DNA of 64,000 bases, counting the filler, from Gonapodya sp. JEL0774 (taxonomy: Eukaryota): assembly GCA_027604505.1 (NCBI GenBank). It is 28 parts of 28 records of this genome, joined end to end, with 100 filler letters (N's around TTAATTAATTAA, not from the genome) between each part and the next. Parts side by side here need not be neighbours in the genome. Positions count along the whole stretch, not along the records: positions 25,326 to 27,522 come from JADIIX010002151.1; positions 27,623 to 29,818 come from JADIIX010002152.1; positions 29,919 to 32,112 come from JADIIX010002153.1; positions 32,213 to 34,404 come from JADIIX010002154.1; positions 34,505 to 36,696 come from JADIIX010002155.1; positions 36,797 to 38,987 come from JADIIX010002156.1; 22 more parts are not named here. One strand, 5' to 3'. This document shows positions 26,990 through 39,087 of this stretch, piece after piece. The translations under genes and the position numbers were made by a program. Below the pieces are notes generated by a model. The model searched no databases. It worked only from the letters and a program-made list of their open reading frames with translations, and was not told the DNA's origin. Within the stretch, counting starts at the first letter, position 1; every line of letters starts with the position of its first letter.

Positions 26990-27184
26990 GCAACGCAAGC
27001 AGAAATTTCAGTTATGTACGTAATGGTATTCTTAATGTATTTCAGGAACCGTTATTTATTGCATCAGTTCTTCGGCAATACATGGCCGCAGCCGGTTGAT
27101 TCCGGTTGTTCAATGCCGGTCTACCGACTCGTTTTAACCAGGCCAAGCTCATCACTCTCCAAGCGATCCTTTTTTCTCTGCGCA

Positions 27185-27522
27185 ATGTCGAAGGTTCCCT
27201 TTGTCCCTGCTAAGGCCGGTAAGATTTCCACCTGAAACCCGTAGTTTCAAGTCGTTCGAATTCAGAACGTCACATCGTGTCAACAGGCCCTCCACCACCG
27301 GGACTTGACGTCCTTCCTGATGTTGAGAAGCTCTCTGATCGCGTAGTCAGAGTATTAGGCTTGAACCCGAGCTCATATACGCTTCAAGGTAAGTGAAGAA
27401 TTGCAATATCAGACATGAATGGACATGAACTTCTAATTCATATGTAATCGCACAAAAGGCACCAACAACTACATTCTGGGTACTGGAAGAGAGCGCATCA
27501 TCATTGATTCGGGGGAAGGTAT
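27185..27522 (+). CDS. LACTB2-like metallo-beta-lactamase-fold protein, N-terminus
   Basis: Spliced product LPDVEKLSDRVVRVLGLNPSSYTLQ|GTNNYILGTGRERIIIDSGEG. Confidence 0.88.
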
Positions 27523-27622
27523 NNNNNNNNNNNNNNNNNNNNNNNNNNNNNNNNNNNNNNNNNNNNTTAATTAATTAANNNNNNNNNNNNNNNNNNNNNN
27601 NNNNNNNNNNNNNNNNNNNNNN

Positions 27623-27760
27623 AAGTTCCTTCAATCATTGGGCATTACCTTCCGTCGCGACCCCTCCAACTTCCGCCCGCGAATCAACAAAATGGATTCG
27701 GTAAAAGATAAGGAGCAAAAAGTCAGCGGGAACTACTTTTTCCTCGAGGAAGCAGCGTGA
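27623..27760 (+). CDS. C-terminus of an unidentified protein
   Basis: [45 protein letters not shown] reads like natural protein, but the family was not recognised. Confidence 0.5.
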   Translation, partial: KFLQSLGITFRRDPSNFRPRINKMDSVKDKEQKVSGNYFFLEEAA

Positions 27761-29918
27761 AATGGGTGTCAATGTGGGCGAATCGACCGATCGCCTTGAA
27801 TTTGGAGACAGCTACGGGCCTGTTGACATTAGTTTTCCTGCAGGTTGCCATGACGGTTTGATTGCAGGCAACAGAGATGGGTGCGAGCAATCGGGCTGAG
27901 CCCAATAGGAAACGTCATTACTTTCATGTACATTTTGAATCATATCCGCTTCGTTCCCGGAATGGTACAGAATATTACATAACACCAAACACTTACCGCC
28001 TATATATGAACTTTTACATCACATGAATATACAAAAGTGGTATCGCTTACGGCTTCAATGCTCGACCCATTTTCCGTGTCACATCATGATGACATTTTTT
28101 CACTCATTAGAACTGGGCATGCATAAAAGTCAAGGAGATGGAACTAACAGAGCTCCAGTTTGCATTCACCCTGAGCAAGACGGACAGAAATAGGATGCGT
28201 TTTCGTGCTCAAACATGGGCGAAGGGGTTTGAAGTGATCGCGCGATTTCTGTGTTATCACCGTCGAAAACGAGGTTCGAGGTGGCTTGAAGCACCGGTGC
28301 GACTAGCTCCTGCACGGATACGCACACGACGGTATGTATCCGTGCAGAGCTCGTTGAGGTGCCGTTAGAGGTGATCAGAAAACGGCATATTCTCCCATTA
28401 TACCAGAATTATGGTGTCCGATGACTTGTATGAGTGGTCGCCGATGTGGAAGATATTGGGCTGCATGTCAGAAAACTGTAATGACAATGGCGTAATTGCC
28501 ACCAAAAGGACAAAGGTATCTGTGGATGTTGGAGTGACAAAAAAGCTCTCCAAAGTCACAGAACGTTCTTTCTACTAATATAGCAAGATCGAGCTAGCTT
28601 TCTGACGTCACCAAAGTAATAACAGATTGCAGACCGCACAATGAACCGTGATAATTAGCCTGCATGACATGTCAAGCGTAGATTTTACACCATGATGAAC
28701 TGCTCTCTGAGGGGATGATGGTGCATTTCACGACAGCTATTGTGATGTATCAGGTAACTGTTGGTAGACAGGGCAGTCATTCGCTGGATAGTGATGAGAA
28801 GACTAATGCGATGTTCTCATGAGTTGATGGAACACTGCAATGCTTTGTTCTGGCCGAATACGCCACCGTGACGTTACCTGTGTCCACCAACCGGCCTATC
28901 CAGCAGCAGAGACTGTGCTCGCGGGACGTCAGTTTCCATCCAGCGGGGAATTGGTAATCACTGAAGTACGGCCAAGTACCGAAGTAGCAATCATATTCGT
29001 AGCCATAGCTCTAGCTTCACAAGTCACTTCCACAGGGTATGCCACGCCTCTCCACCATTTGTGTCAAGGTACCATTACCAGTACAAGTGACGAAGATGAC
29101 TGCCAAAGTGGAAGCACTTAGTACGTCCCGGCAATTATTTCATGAACGATACATGTAGCAAAATTTCGGCCGATGGCTGCTGACGTGCTGAGAGCTTGCG
29201 TGGATCCTCACGCTGTCGAGTGCAAAAGGAATCCACATCCACCGCCACAGATTCGACTGCACCAGCGCACAACCAGCGGATACTATCGTTCTCCGACTCC
29301 CACACGGTCGGTGTAGTGCGTGTGAGGTTGGGCGTGCCCAGGAGACGCTCGCAGTCGAAATGGGTTCTCGATCACTGCCTTTCCATGACAATCGTGCTCA
29401 CTCCTGTACATTCGGATTCGGCCTCTGCTCCTCCTGTCGTCTTTTGCCGTTAAGTCCCTCTCGTCTGTCGTCATTTTTGGAAGTGACTTTCATGAATCCT
29501 CTTTGCTCTCCCATCAGAACGCGCGGTTTGGCGGGCGTTTGCATTTGGAGAGCAAGATGAAATATGAGGTGACTGAGCATGAAGAAAGAAGCATTCAGGG
29601 AGTTTGTGGTGAGTAATTGAATACAAAGTGGGGAAAGGGGAGTAGCTGCTGTGGTCATCATGTCGTTTCTTTCAGTTTTATCCGCATGCCAAACACCGAT
29701 AAGTAATGATTGAAAGTCAGACACCGAGAAACCCAAGTCATCGTCTTTGTAAAGCACTACTCCTTATTATTGAATCCGTGGAGAACAACATTGAGAAATC
29801 GAATGTGCGGGAAAGTGTNNNNNNNNNNNNNNNNNNNNNNNNNNNNNNNNNNNNNNNNNNNNTTAATTAATTAANNNNNNNNNNNNNNNNNNNNNNNNNN
29901 NNNNNNNNNNNNNNNNNN

Positions 29919-31118
29919 CGCCGTTTGCGGTTTGCTTCGTTGGACGCTATCCCAGGCTGTTGGGGCGGGTCGGTTGGCATGAGAGTTGATGTTGTTTTTG
30001 TGTCCTTGAAAGGAGACTTGGAAGTTTCTTCACGAATTGAATCGTGGATATCTGACCCCTTCCTCCCAGTTCAGACGCCGAGTCGAAATGGTATGATCTG
30101 GACTGCATTGAAGGCCTCACTCGTCATCCCGATTGAGTACGCGGAGAAAAATCTGATTGGAAGTGCTGGGGAATCTTTCTTGATGGATTCGATTGGTGGG
30201 AACATGCGGACTTTCTGTCCCAGCGGCCTTCATCTGCTGGATTCTGGACGGCTGAGACTTTTGGTGACTTCGTGCAGCATGCAAGCACTCGATTCAATTG
30301 CGGGTCCCTTTTGCATCGCTGGGTTACACGAGGTGATGCGGTTCTCCCAGGCAGTCCGTGTCAAAGAAATGGCGATTTACGACAGCACGGCTGATGCTTT
30401 GCGGTTTCTTCCGCCGGACTTGACAGTTGAAACAGTTGAGACTTTAAGTGTGAATGACTTCAGCATCATCGATGAGAAGAATTCGGACACGGATCGCTTG
30501 GCTACTCTCCTGAAGGTGTTTCCGTCTGCAACAGTTTTATCCGGTAACGCATTCTTTCCGGCCGGTCTAGACACGTCTGCCAATTTAGAAGTTCTCAAAC
30601 GGACAATACCTCAATCGCGACGTGAATCTATCAGCTCCATTCACGCGATCGCAAATGATCAACTTTTGATTGCACCGTCATTGTATCCGAACGTTACTGA
30701 CATTGGCTGGATTAACATATTCCACAGTATCGCACTGATTTCTCAGAGCGGATTGTTGTTCCCCGCGGTACGGAAAGTCCACTTGCAGATTTGGCCAGAT
30801 GCAATGGAAGAAACCAACGAAACTGGACTGCAAAGTTCCCTCTCTTCTCAAGTGGCAAACACATTATTGGACATCATGCCGAATTTGCTGAACATAGAAA
30901 TGAATTGCATGCACCAATTTAATCCCGAGCGGCTCTCCACGCTCAGTGGTTTTTTACTTGCGCTGATTCACGGCGCCCCGCCACAGTGTACCATAGACAT
31001 CACCCATTATGATCGCTGGGATGGTGTTGAACGTATCGTCGATTGGCCAGCCGTCCTAAAACACCTCATTAAAGGAGTGCCTGTTAGGATTCGGGGCGGA
31101 AAATTGTTACCGAGTTGA
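29919..31118 (+). CDS. Hypothetical protein (about 400-codon intronless ORF, degenerate LRR-like periodicity)
   Basis: 1.2-kb open frame with repeated FPxV/MPNL-x-x-I/V units (FPSATVL, YPNVTDI, FPAVRKVHL, MPNLLNIEM). Confidence 0.65.
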   Translation, partial: RRLRFASLDAIPGCWGGSVGMRVDVVFVSLKGDLEVSSRIESWISDPFLPVQTPSRNGMIWTALKASLVIPIEYAEKNLIGSAGESFLMDSIGGNMRTFCPSGLHLLDSGRLRLLVTSCSMQALDSIAGPFCIAGLHEVMRFSQAVRVKEMAIYDSTADALRFLPPDLTVETVETLSVNDFSIIDEKNSDTDRLATLLKVFPSATVLSGNAFFPAGLDTSANLEVLKRTIPQSRRESISSIHAIANDQLLIAPSLYPNVTDIGWINIFHSIALISQSGLLFPAVRKVHLQIWPDAMEETNETGLQSSLSSQVANTLLDIMPNLLNIEMNCMHQFNPERLSTLSGFLLALIHGAPPQCTIDITHYDRWDGVERIVDWPAVLKHLIKGVPVRIRGGKLLPS

Positions 31119-31597
31119 CTGAGAAAGTGCCGCGTTCAGTGAGTACGATGTGTGGAATCTCCCATTCGACCTTCGCTGACTTCAATCAGATTCTTACGGC
31201 GAACACAATCAGTGAATATCTGGGAAATGTATATCCTCAGGGTTCTTGTATGCCGTGCCTAGGGGCCATGTGGTCGAGAGCACCCAGATTTCGAGAACTG
31301 AGAGCCTACTTATTATCGTCACATCTTTGTGTCGGATAAGCTTCTTTTGAGTCAGATATGCAAACTCTCGGACATCTTGCTATGCAGAGTTGTTACAAAG
31401 ATATTGTTGCGTGTGACCGTCTTTGTTGCAATGCGATCCATACCATACCAGCCGTACTCCGAACCCCTACAGATATGCAGGTTGCAGCTAGTAAAGTCTT
31501 TGTACTTCATAATATTTGGTTTGCCGGGTGGTGGCACGGGAGAGTTTGGTGTGCGTTTCCAATCTCCTTCACGTCACATCGAATAAAATACTTCAAT

Positions 31598-32112
31598 ATG
31601 TCCCCCACGGCAGCCTTGCCCAACGGCACGACGGCGAATCTCGCGCATCCATCGCCGACCCCAGCCGCGCTCACACGTGCGAAATCGTCGCCTTCACAAA
31701 GGGATGACACATCAAGCCCGAAACCCATGGGATTTGTCAATCTGGACTTGCCAACGGAGGTTGAGGGAACGGAGGAAATGCCTCTGCATGTCTTTGGTGT
31801 GTTTTACAATGCGAATCTGAATCCTGGAACAGTGATGGACACTTGGCGTGGAGAAATTGCTTGTGATCGCAGAGTCCTGAACCAGTCATATGGAGGTTCA
31901 ATCCTCCTCGGATTAAAGCTTTTCCTTCTCAACGGCGATCAAGAGTAAGCCTCAAAAGTCCCGCATCGTGATTCGCAGGTGTCGACGGCACCAATTACAC
32001 GGGCGACCCTTTCTACATCAATCCTCGGACCAGCTCCACAACAGCATCTCCAGGAGCACTCTCACTCCCCGCCGATCCCTCTTTACCCGACTACTTGCGA
32101 CTTGTTCTCACT
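31598..32112 (+). CDS. ILV1: Probable threonine deaminase N-terminus
   Basis: Intron 31797..31978 joins MSPTAALPNG...PLHVFG to VDGTNY...DPSLPDYLRLVLT. PDYLRLxLT is the motif opening fungal Ilv1. Confidence 0.6.
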
Positions 32113-32212
32113 NNNNNNNNNNNNNNNNNNNNNNNNNNNNNNNNNNNNNNNNNNNNTTAATTAATTAANNNNNNNNNNNNNNNNNNNNNNNNNNNNNNNN
32201 NNNNNNNNNNNN

Positions 32213-34404
32213 GACTCCTTACCTTGGTCACATAATTACGGCCAGTGGACTCATCAAAATGGACCCCAAAAAGTTGGAGGCCATTAGTATTTTCGTAATG
32301 CCAAAGACACTCAAGGAACTACAACGGTTCTTGGGGCTTACTGGTCATTATCGACATTTCATCGAAGGGTACGCACAAACTGCGGCACCTTTGACGAATC
32401 TATTGTCACAGCCAAAGCCTGTATTTGGCCCAGAAGCTATCGAATCCTTTGAGAAACTCAAAGCATGCATGCTATCTGGTGGTGTATTACGTAGACCCAA
32501 CTACAGCAAGCCGTTCATTGTCAAAACTGACGCTTCAGGCATTGCTCTAGGCGCAATTCTCGAACAACTCGATGAAAAAGGGCGACCTTATGTAGTGGGA
32601 TACGGCAGTAAAAAATTTACACCGGCTGAACAAAAGTGGGATACTCGCGAACGCGAGGCCTACGCCGCAATTTGGGGATGTGAGTTCTTCCGACACCACA
32701 TTCTTGGCGCTACGTTTGAATTACAGTCAGACCATGAGTCACTGAAATTCTTGAACAATCCGGCGAGTAAAGGTAAAATCGCTCGGTGGGCAATTCGTTT
32801 AGCCGAATTTGACTACACTCCGCGTTACCGACCCGGATCAACACAATCAAATGTCGATGCATTATCCAGAATGGAAAATAGCAGCGAAACAACGGGCCAA
32901 ATTGACCCCGAAGTTCCGACATATGGTGATCAACGTTCCAATGAGAATGTCACCCAAGACACAGAAATGACGGAGTGCGACTCTCGTTCATACATGACAG
33001 TTGCATCACTCAATGTCATTGACGTGGTTAATGCGCTTACAAATGAAGCGTCTAATGCTTTTGCCACCGTTTCGTGGTCAGCACAAGCTTATCGCGAACA
33101 GTGGGCGGCAGACCAAAGATCTGACCCAGATCTTGCCAGAATCTTTGCGATTATAGAAAAAACCGCAACACCAGCTGAACTGTCCACAGCTCTTTATAAA
33201 GAAGCTGCTCGACACGCTGCTGTCATGGCAATTGAAAATGGTCTCCTTGTTCGAACCATAATTCGTTCATGGACAACCACCGCAAATGGTCAGCGACGCA
33301 CTATAATCTCAAAAGCCGTAAATGGACCGACTCAAATAGTGGTTCCAGCTGCTCGAAGAGAAGAGATTCTGCGTATGCATCATAATGACCCTACTGGATC
33401 ACATGCCGGATCCACCGCCATGCTCAAAGCAATGGTAGGAAAGTTCTATTGGTATCGCATGGCACGCGATGTACGATCATATGTACACGATAAATGTTTA
33501 ACATGCCAAAGTCGAAAACCAACAAAGCCAAATCGACAGGGGCTCCTGAGGCCATTCGACTTCAGCGCAGCACAACCCTGGGACGATTTATGTCTTGACC
33601 ACGCTGGACCTTTTCCCACAACAGCGGAAGGTTTCACGCATATTCTGGTCATCATGGACATGTTCACTCGAATGGTTGAACTTGTACCTGTAAAAGACAC
33701 ATCGGCACTTGAAACGGCACATGCATTGCTGAACAACTGGATTTACCGTTGGGGAATTCCCATTCGAATCCATTCCGATAATGGAACAGCATTTGCTAAT
33801 GACGTAATGAAGGAACTCGCTGCAAAGCTGCGTTTCCGACATACATTCACGTCGCCGGGTCATCCACAAGGAAACCCTTACGCCGAACGTTTCATGAGAC
33901 CAATGGTTGACGCATTATACGCGCAAATCTCAACCAAATCTCAAAACGATTGGATACGTTATTTACCGCCTATTCAATTTGCGTATAACATCCGCGTGCA
34001 CTCAACAACTGGGTTCGCACCAATGTTTACTGCAACAGGCCACACACCACGTATACCAACGGACATCATCACAGGAGTAACTCTCGATCCAAATGATCCG
34101 AGCTATGAAAACATGCCCATATCTGAATATATGGCGCACATCTATGAAGAACTCCGTGATCGATTACAAAAGTCCGCTCAAGTTCGAAAGATGAAATTCG
34201 ACAAGACACATGTCGACGTAACATTTGACATCGATTCAACTGTTATGGTTTACAATGAGGAAGCCCATCGCAAAGGCGAAAGTACAAAGTTTCTTTCCCG
34301 ATGGAGTGGCCCATATCGAGTCATTGAAAAATTGACCGAGGTCACATACAAACTCGAGCACTTCCGCACTGGAAATGTAATACGTGCACACGTAAATAGG
34401 CTAC
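32213..34404 (+). mobile_element. pol: Ty3/Gypsy pol (RT thumb, RNase H, integrase), uninterrupted
   Basis: YLGHII, LQRFLGLTGHYRHFI, KTDASGIALGAIL, H-H-C-C zinc finger, LDHAGP...HSDNGTAF...GNPYAER (DDE) and WSGPYRV (GPY/F). Domain order is RT-RH-IN. Confidence 0.97.
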
Positions 34405-36465
34405 NNNNNNNNNNNNNNNNNNNNNNNNNNNNNNNNNNNNNNNNNNNNTTAATTAATTAANNNNNNNNNNNNNNNNNNNNNNNNNNNNNNNNNNNNNNNN
34501 NNNNATGTCGTACTCTGATGCGGTTTCCAACCCGATAACTTTGGACCATCGGAATCGCACGGAGGCAATCAACCATGTCATAAAAAATGCGTAGTATTAT
34601 TGTACAAGGCCACCATAGCCACCTTTTGTACCATGCGGTCCAGTTGAATAGATCTGGTTCCTTGTATTGCGCATTATTACCCAGTGAACGTCGCACTTGA
34701 GAAGTATCCTCCACACTTATTATGTTTCTTTGAGCCTCTCAGTGCCTAGGGTTGACGCTGCCAAACATCCAGTGACGTTCCATGCACACCGGTTTTCCGA
34801 ACCCAGTACGGAGCTCGATACACTACTGCACGTGAGAAGTACCCCGTTCGTCCTTTCGTGAGTTCCCAGGGGGAACACCGGTCGGCGCCTGAGTGAACAA
34901 CCGTCAAAATCACGCAAAAGGCCACCAAACGCCTGCAATTCATTTTCTCTTGCCGAGGAAACCCGCATAAGGTTCACGTGTATGTGAATTTTTGTTACAC
35001 AGAAACGTTCACTTCTTCAGCTCATGATCATTTCTGTCAACCCTGTTGCTCCCACCACGCTGTCATTGGTTTTATGCCGCCCCTGCTGCCTTGACCCGCT
35101 CGAGCGACTCGCGATCGGCTTCAAATATGAGTTCTCTGATGTTCGAGGGGCGGGCCAAAATCAATGTCACTTGAAAGCGTACCAGTGATAGAAATGCACC
35201 CGTAAACTTACTTTATTTTCCCCGAATCATTGAGGTGGATCGTGATGGTTCCGTTACGCAGCACAGGTTTTCCGTTGTGTTCCTGAACGGAATCGGAGGA
35301 AGCGCGCGGTAATGAGCACTCTGCTTTTCCCCTTAAAATAAGCTGCGCATAAACATTTGCGGCTATATCTCACTTGATTCCAAGTCACACTTGCGTCTGC
35401 CTCGTGTCGATCGGCGTTGGTTTCGATAGCACCTAATTCCGAGAATAAACAAAGGATCACGAGGCCGGATATTTCCGAACGACGTATGAGGGGATATCGA
35501 AAGGATTGTGCATTGTTTCTAGAGAAAACATGACGTACCCATGAACTCGAGGTGGGCTTTGTGGGATCTGTCGACTGGAAGCCATACGCGACGACAGTCA
35601 AAGGTGGATGATCGTGTGGCCGAACATCATCAACTGCCGAGAAGGAAAAGGAAGGGCAAACGTTGAGAGCTCACTTTCAAGCCACTGTTTTAATCCATTT
35701 TTGCCTTGAAACTGAGCATAATCGTTGGTCGCGAGATGACGTGTTAAGGTCAAATCTATGGAACACACTAGAACACTCCAAAACTAACCTTGCTAGTAGA
35801 CGCACCCGGCAATCTGATGATGCAGTCATCAGAGAAATCATTGAGGGCATGATCGAGATCGCCGCTGTTCAAGCAGTCGGCTGTGATGATGAAGATGCTT
35901 GGTGCTGAGTTTCTGAAACTGAACAGTATTTGATCAGCTTCGGTGAGAGGAGCAAACTTACCGACATGCTTGAGCATGTGACCCGGAGCAATTTTCGCCA
36001 TTTGGAGTGTGGTGTTAGTGGTGCGAAGTGACTGTGAAAATGTGAACTACCGCACTTCACGCGCACGGAGATCATGTCGACGTGGGTTGCCAGTTTGAAG
36101 ACCGGGTGGTTACAGTGCTACGAGGAATGCATGGCGTTCGCTCCTGATGTCGCTCACCGGCTGAAGTGTTAGATACGTTCTGCAAGGCAACTTTGCTCGC
36201 TTGGGAATCGGTTCTGGAAAAGCCGCGGGGTGAGTCATCCGGCAATCACGTGGCCACCCACAGGCACCAATTCCAACTTAATTTACTGCCTTGCATTTTA
36301 TGCACCACGTAATAGTTATATCAGAGGTCCGCTCTGGTAGTTTGCAACAGTTGCAAGAGGGGGACTCGTCACCCACAAGGGGTGCTGTCGCAGTGTTCGG
36401 AGAAGCATGCCGGAACGTACAGGAAGAACTACTTGCGGACTTCACGATCTAAGCAAATTCTGACG

Positions 36466-36640
36466 ATGACGATTGCAACTTCAACTTTCAATCCCATGCG
36501 GATTCTGTTTTTGTCTCAGCATTTTCCTGCCAGCAGGGTTTTCCTCTTGAAAGCTTTGGGGGGCGATGACCGAGCCAACATCATCAGGGCATGCGACGAG
36601 GATAAAATTCTGGAGACTTGCAGAGAATTTCAACCGCATG
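36466..36640 (+). CDS. First exon, possibly a D-2-hydroxyacid dehydrogenase
   Basis: MRILFLSQHFPASRVFL resembles the RVLFCGPHFPxS start of a plant-type 2-hydroxyacid dehydrogenase. GTTGGT donor at 36641. Confidence 0.4.
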
Positions 36641-37720
36641 GTTGGTCGTTCGCGTGATCGGGGGACTCGAAAGGCTTAGGGGATTGCAGGAATATANNNN
36701 NNNNNNNNNNNNNNNNNNNNNNNNNNNNNNNNNNNNNNNNTTAATTAATTAANNNNNNNNNNNNNNNNNNNNNNNNNNNNNNNNNNNNNNNNNNNNGCAC
36801 CTCAAGACCCCCGGGAGCGTTTCGGGTACAACCCTGCGCTGGAAGCACGTCTCATCAGTGCGGAGGATCTTTCCAAGGTGATTGGCAAGGACGGAGCGTT
36901 GCACGGCAAGTCGGCGGAGTTGGTCACGGTGGGGAGCGCGAGGTTGTAGAATACGTGAGTGGGGAGGGAGGGCGGGTGTGGCTCATCACTGAGTTTTTTC
37001 GGGGGGTGAAATTGTGATGTAAAGTATGGAAAAGAATTGCAAGTTTGATTCGGGGAAGTACTGGTGAGGTTGAGTTCATGATTGGCGTACCCTCGAAGTC
37101 ACTAGCTCCCACCAATCCTGCACGACCACGTCAGCATCTCAGTTAACCTATTTTGACCGCACCTGTGTGGGTTTTTAATGGTTTGGGCGAGATCCGGTAC
37201 AAGGCGATGGGAAGAGGCTGCCCACCACATTGTCTTTACCGTACTCGCCCCGCGTCGGCCGAACCTCCACCACCCCCATGCACCACCACGACCCACCACC
37301 GACTCGACCCGACCCCACCCGGCCAGACGCAACCTCAAGGTCCGACTCGTCCTCTCCAAACCCGACCTCGTGATCAGCGCCGCACACCTGGCCCGGACCT
37401 CCAATCACTCTCACCATCCCCTTCCCCTCCCCCATGTGGATAAGAGGAGTAGGGAGGCGAGGTGGGGGAGGAGGGAGGAGGGAAGGGCCATGAAGGTGGG
37501 CCAGGGGGAGGTGGGGAGGGGATGAAGAAGGTGCATGAAACATGACGTGCAAATCACATAAATAAATTTAATATTTATTCATTCCCATCGTTTTCTTCCA
37601 ACTGGCGTCTGTGTCTCTTGAATAATATTTCTGGATGAGTCACCCTTGAGTGCCTCGACCCTGCACCTGCACGTCCCCCATGAGTCGCCCCAACCAACAC
37701 CCACATTCCACCCATTCACA

Positions 37721-38649
37721 ATGACCAAATCGCTTCCCCACACCGCACCCCAGGACCAAGACAGGTTCGACCCATCTGCCCTCTTCACCCGCGTGCCAGC
37801 CCATGCCATGCTGACCAGCAATTACTTGTCTGTTTGTGTTCGCCTGCACCCGACACGTACCCTCTCCCCGCTTCCAACACACGACCGACACAGGCACGAC
37901 AGGTACGTGGACCAGTAACCGTCTTGGCTTGCGTCCTCGCGTTACGTGTTGCTGACTCCACCTGGCCTGGGCTTCCCCCCGATTCCTTCCGCTCGCTCCC
38001 TGCCGACCCACCCTCTCCACCTCGCAAAACCGCACTGGGCGCCACGCGACCCGCCCGGCATTCGATCCATGGACGTGGTGGGGGATTACTGTATTGTCAG
38101 GCAAGGAACCAAACATGGGGACAAGAAGTCCGGGGGTGGGAAAGGTGGGTCTGTTGGTCCCGTGAAGTGACCGTGATGAGCACACTTTGGTCTCACCCCG
38201 CCACTCCACCATCTCTCCATCCTCTCTAGGAAACTGGTGCGATGTCGCCCCATATGATTTTCCCTGTCTTCCACCTGCCTGCGCACCCCGCTCCCCCGTC
38301 TGACCTCCCTGCGAACCAACTCACCGGCTACTCCCCCACCCACCATTACCCGTCTTCCGTTCCAGGGGCTCCCTCGAAGACGAAGTCCACGAGTATGAGA
38401 AGAAGAGTGGCACCGCGGCCGACTTACCCGCGCCGGCGAAAGTCGAGGAGCACGTCAAGGTGGGTGCACGGGGTGTGGGTTCTGGTGTCGAAACAGAGCC
38501 GAGAACGCGACCTGACCCGACGTGCTCCATTCCGGCCGTTTGTGTGTGGACGTGTGCGTGCGGGTGTGCCCTCGACGTCCCTCGCCAAGGTGGTCTCCCA
38601 GGCCGAAGCTGCGAAACTTACCGGTACAGCTGCTGCGGACAAGAAGTAG
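37721..38649 (+). CDS. Small HABP4/PAI-RBP1 (Stm1/SERBP1/STF2-like) protein, 85 aa, six exons including two micro-exons
   Basis: Exons 37721-37764, 37894-37902, 38101-38144, 38230-38236, 38366-38459 and 38590-38649 give MTKSLPHTAPQDQDRHDRQGTKHGDKKSGGGKGNWGSLEDEVHEYEKK...AAADKK*. Confidence 0.82.
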
Positions 38650-39087
38650 TAGACGGAACGATGAGCGTGGTTACGAGTAATAGTTGTACAGTTGGAACGA
38701 TTCCGTGGCGATTGGCGAACTTCCAATGAGCGTCATGCCGTCGTGGATGGTACCTCGTAGGGAGTATGCCACGGGCACCGTCCGGTGGGTGCGGATAATG
38801 TACACGCGAGGATTGTAGTGTGTTTCACGATGGACGAAAATCAAAAATGCCTTTCGAAATTCGAACGTGGACATATCCAGAACATGCACGAGCACATTGC
38901 ACCTGATAGACCGTACCCACAACATGGAACGTAGCAGGTTCTTGCAACCAAGCATAACAAAGACATGACACCGAGACACGAGTGCAANNNNNNNNNNNNN
39001 NNNNNNNNNNNNNNNNNNNNNNNNNNNNNNNTTAATTAATTAANNNNNNNNNNNNNNNNNNNNNNNNNNNNNNNNNNNNNNNNNNNN

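Noticed and set aside
35881..35926. C/D-box snoRNA-like TGATGA...CTGA with a 4-bp terminal stem
   Set aside because: Only 46 nt long with no recognisable rRNA guide, so likely chance.
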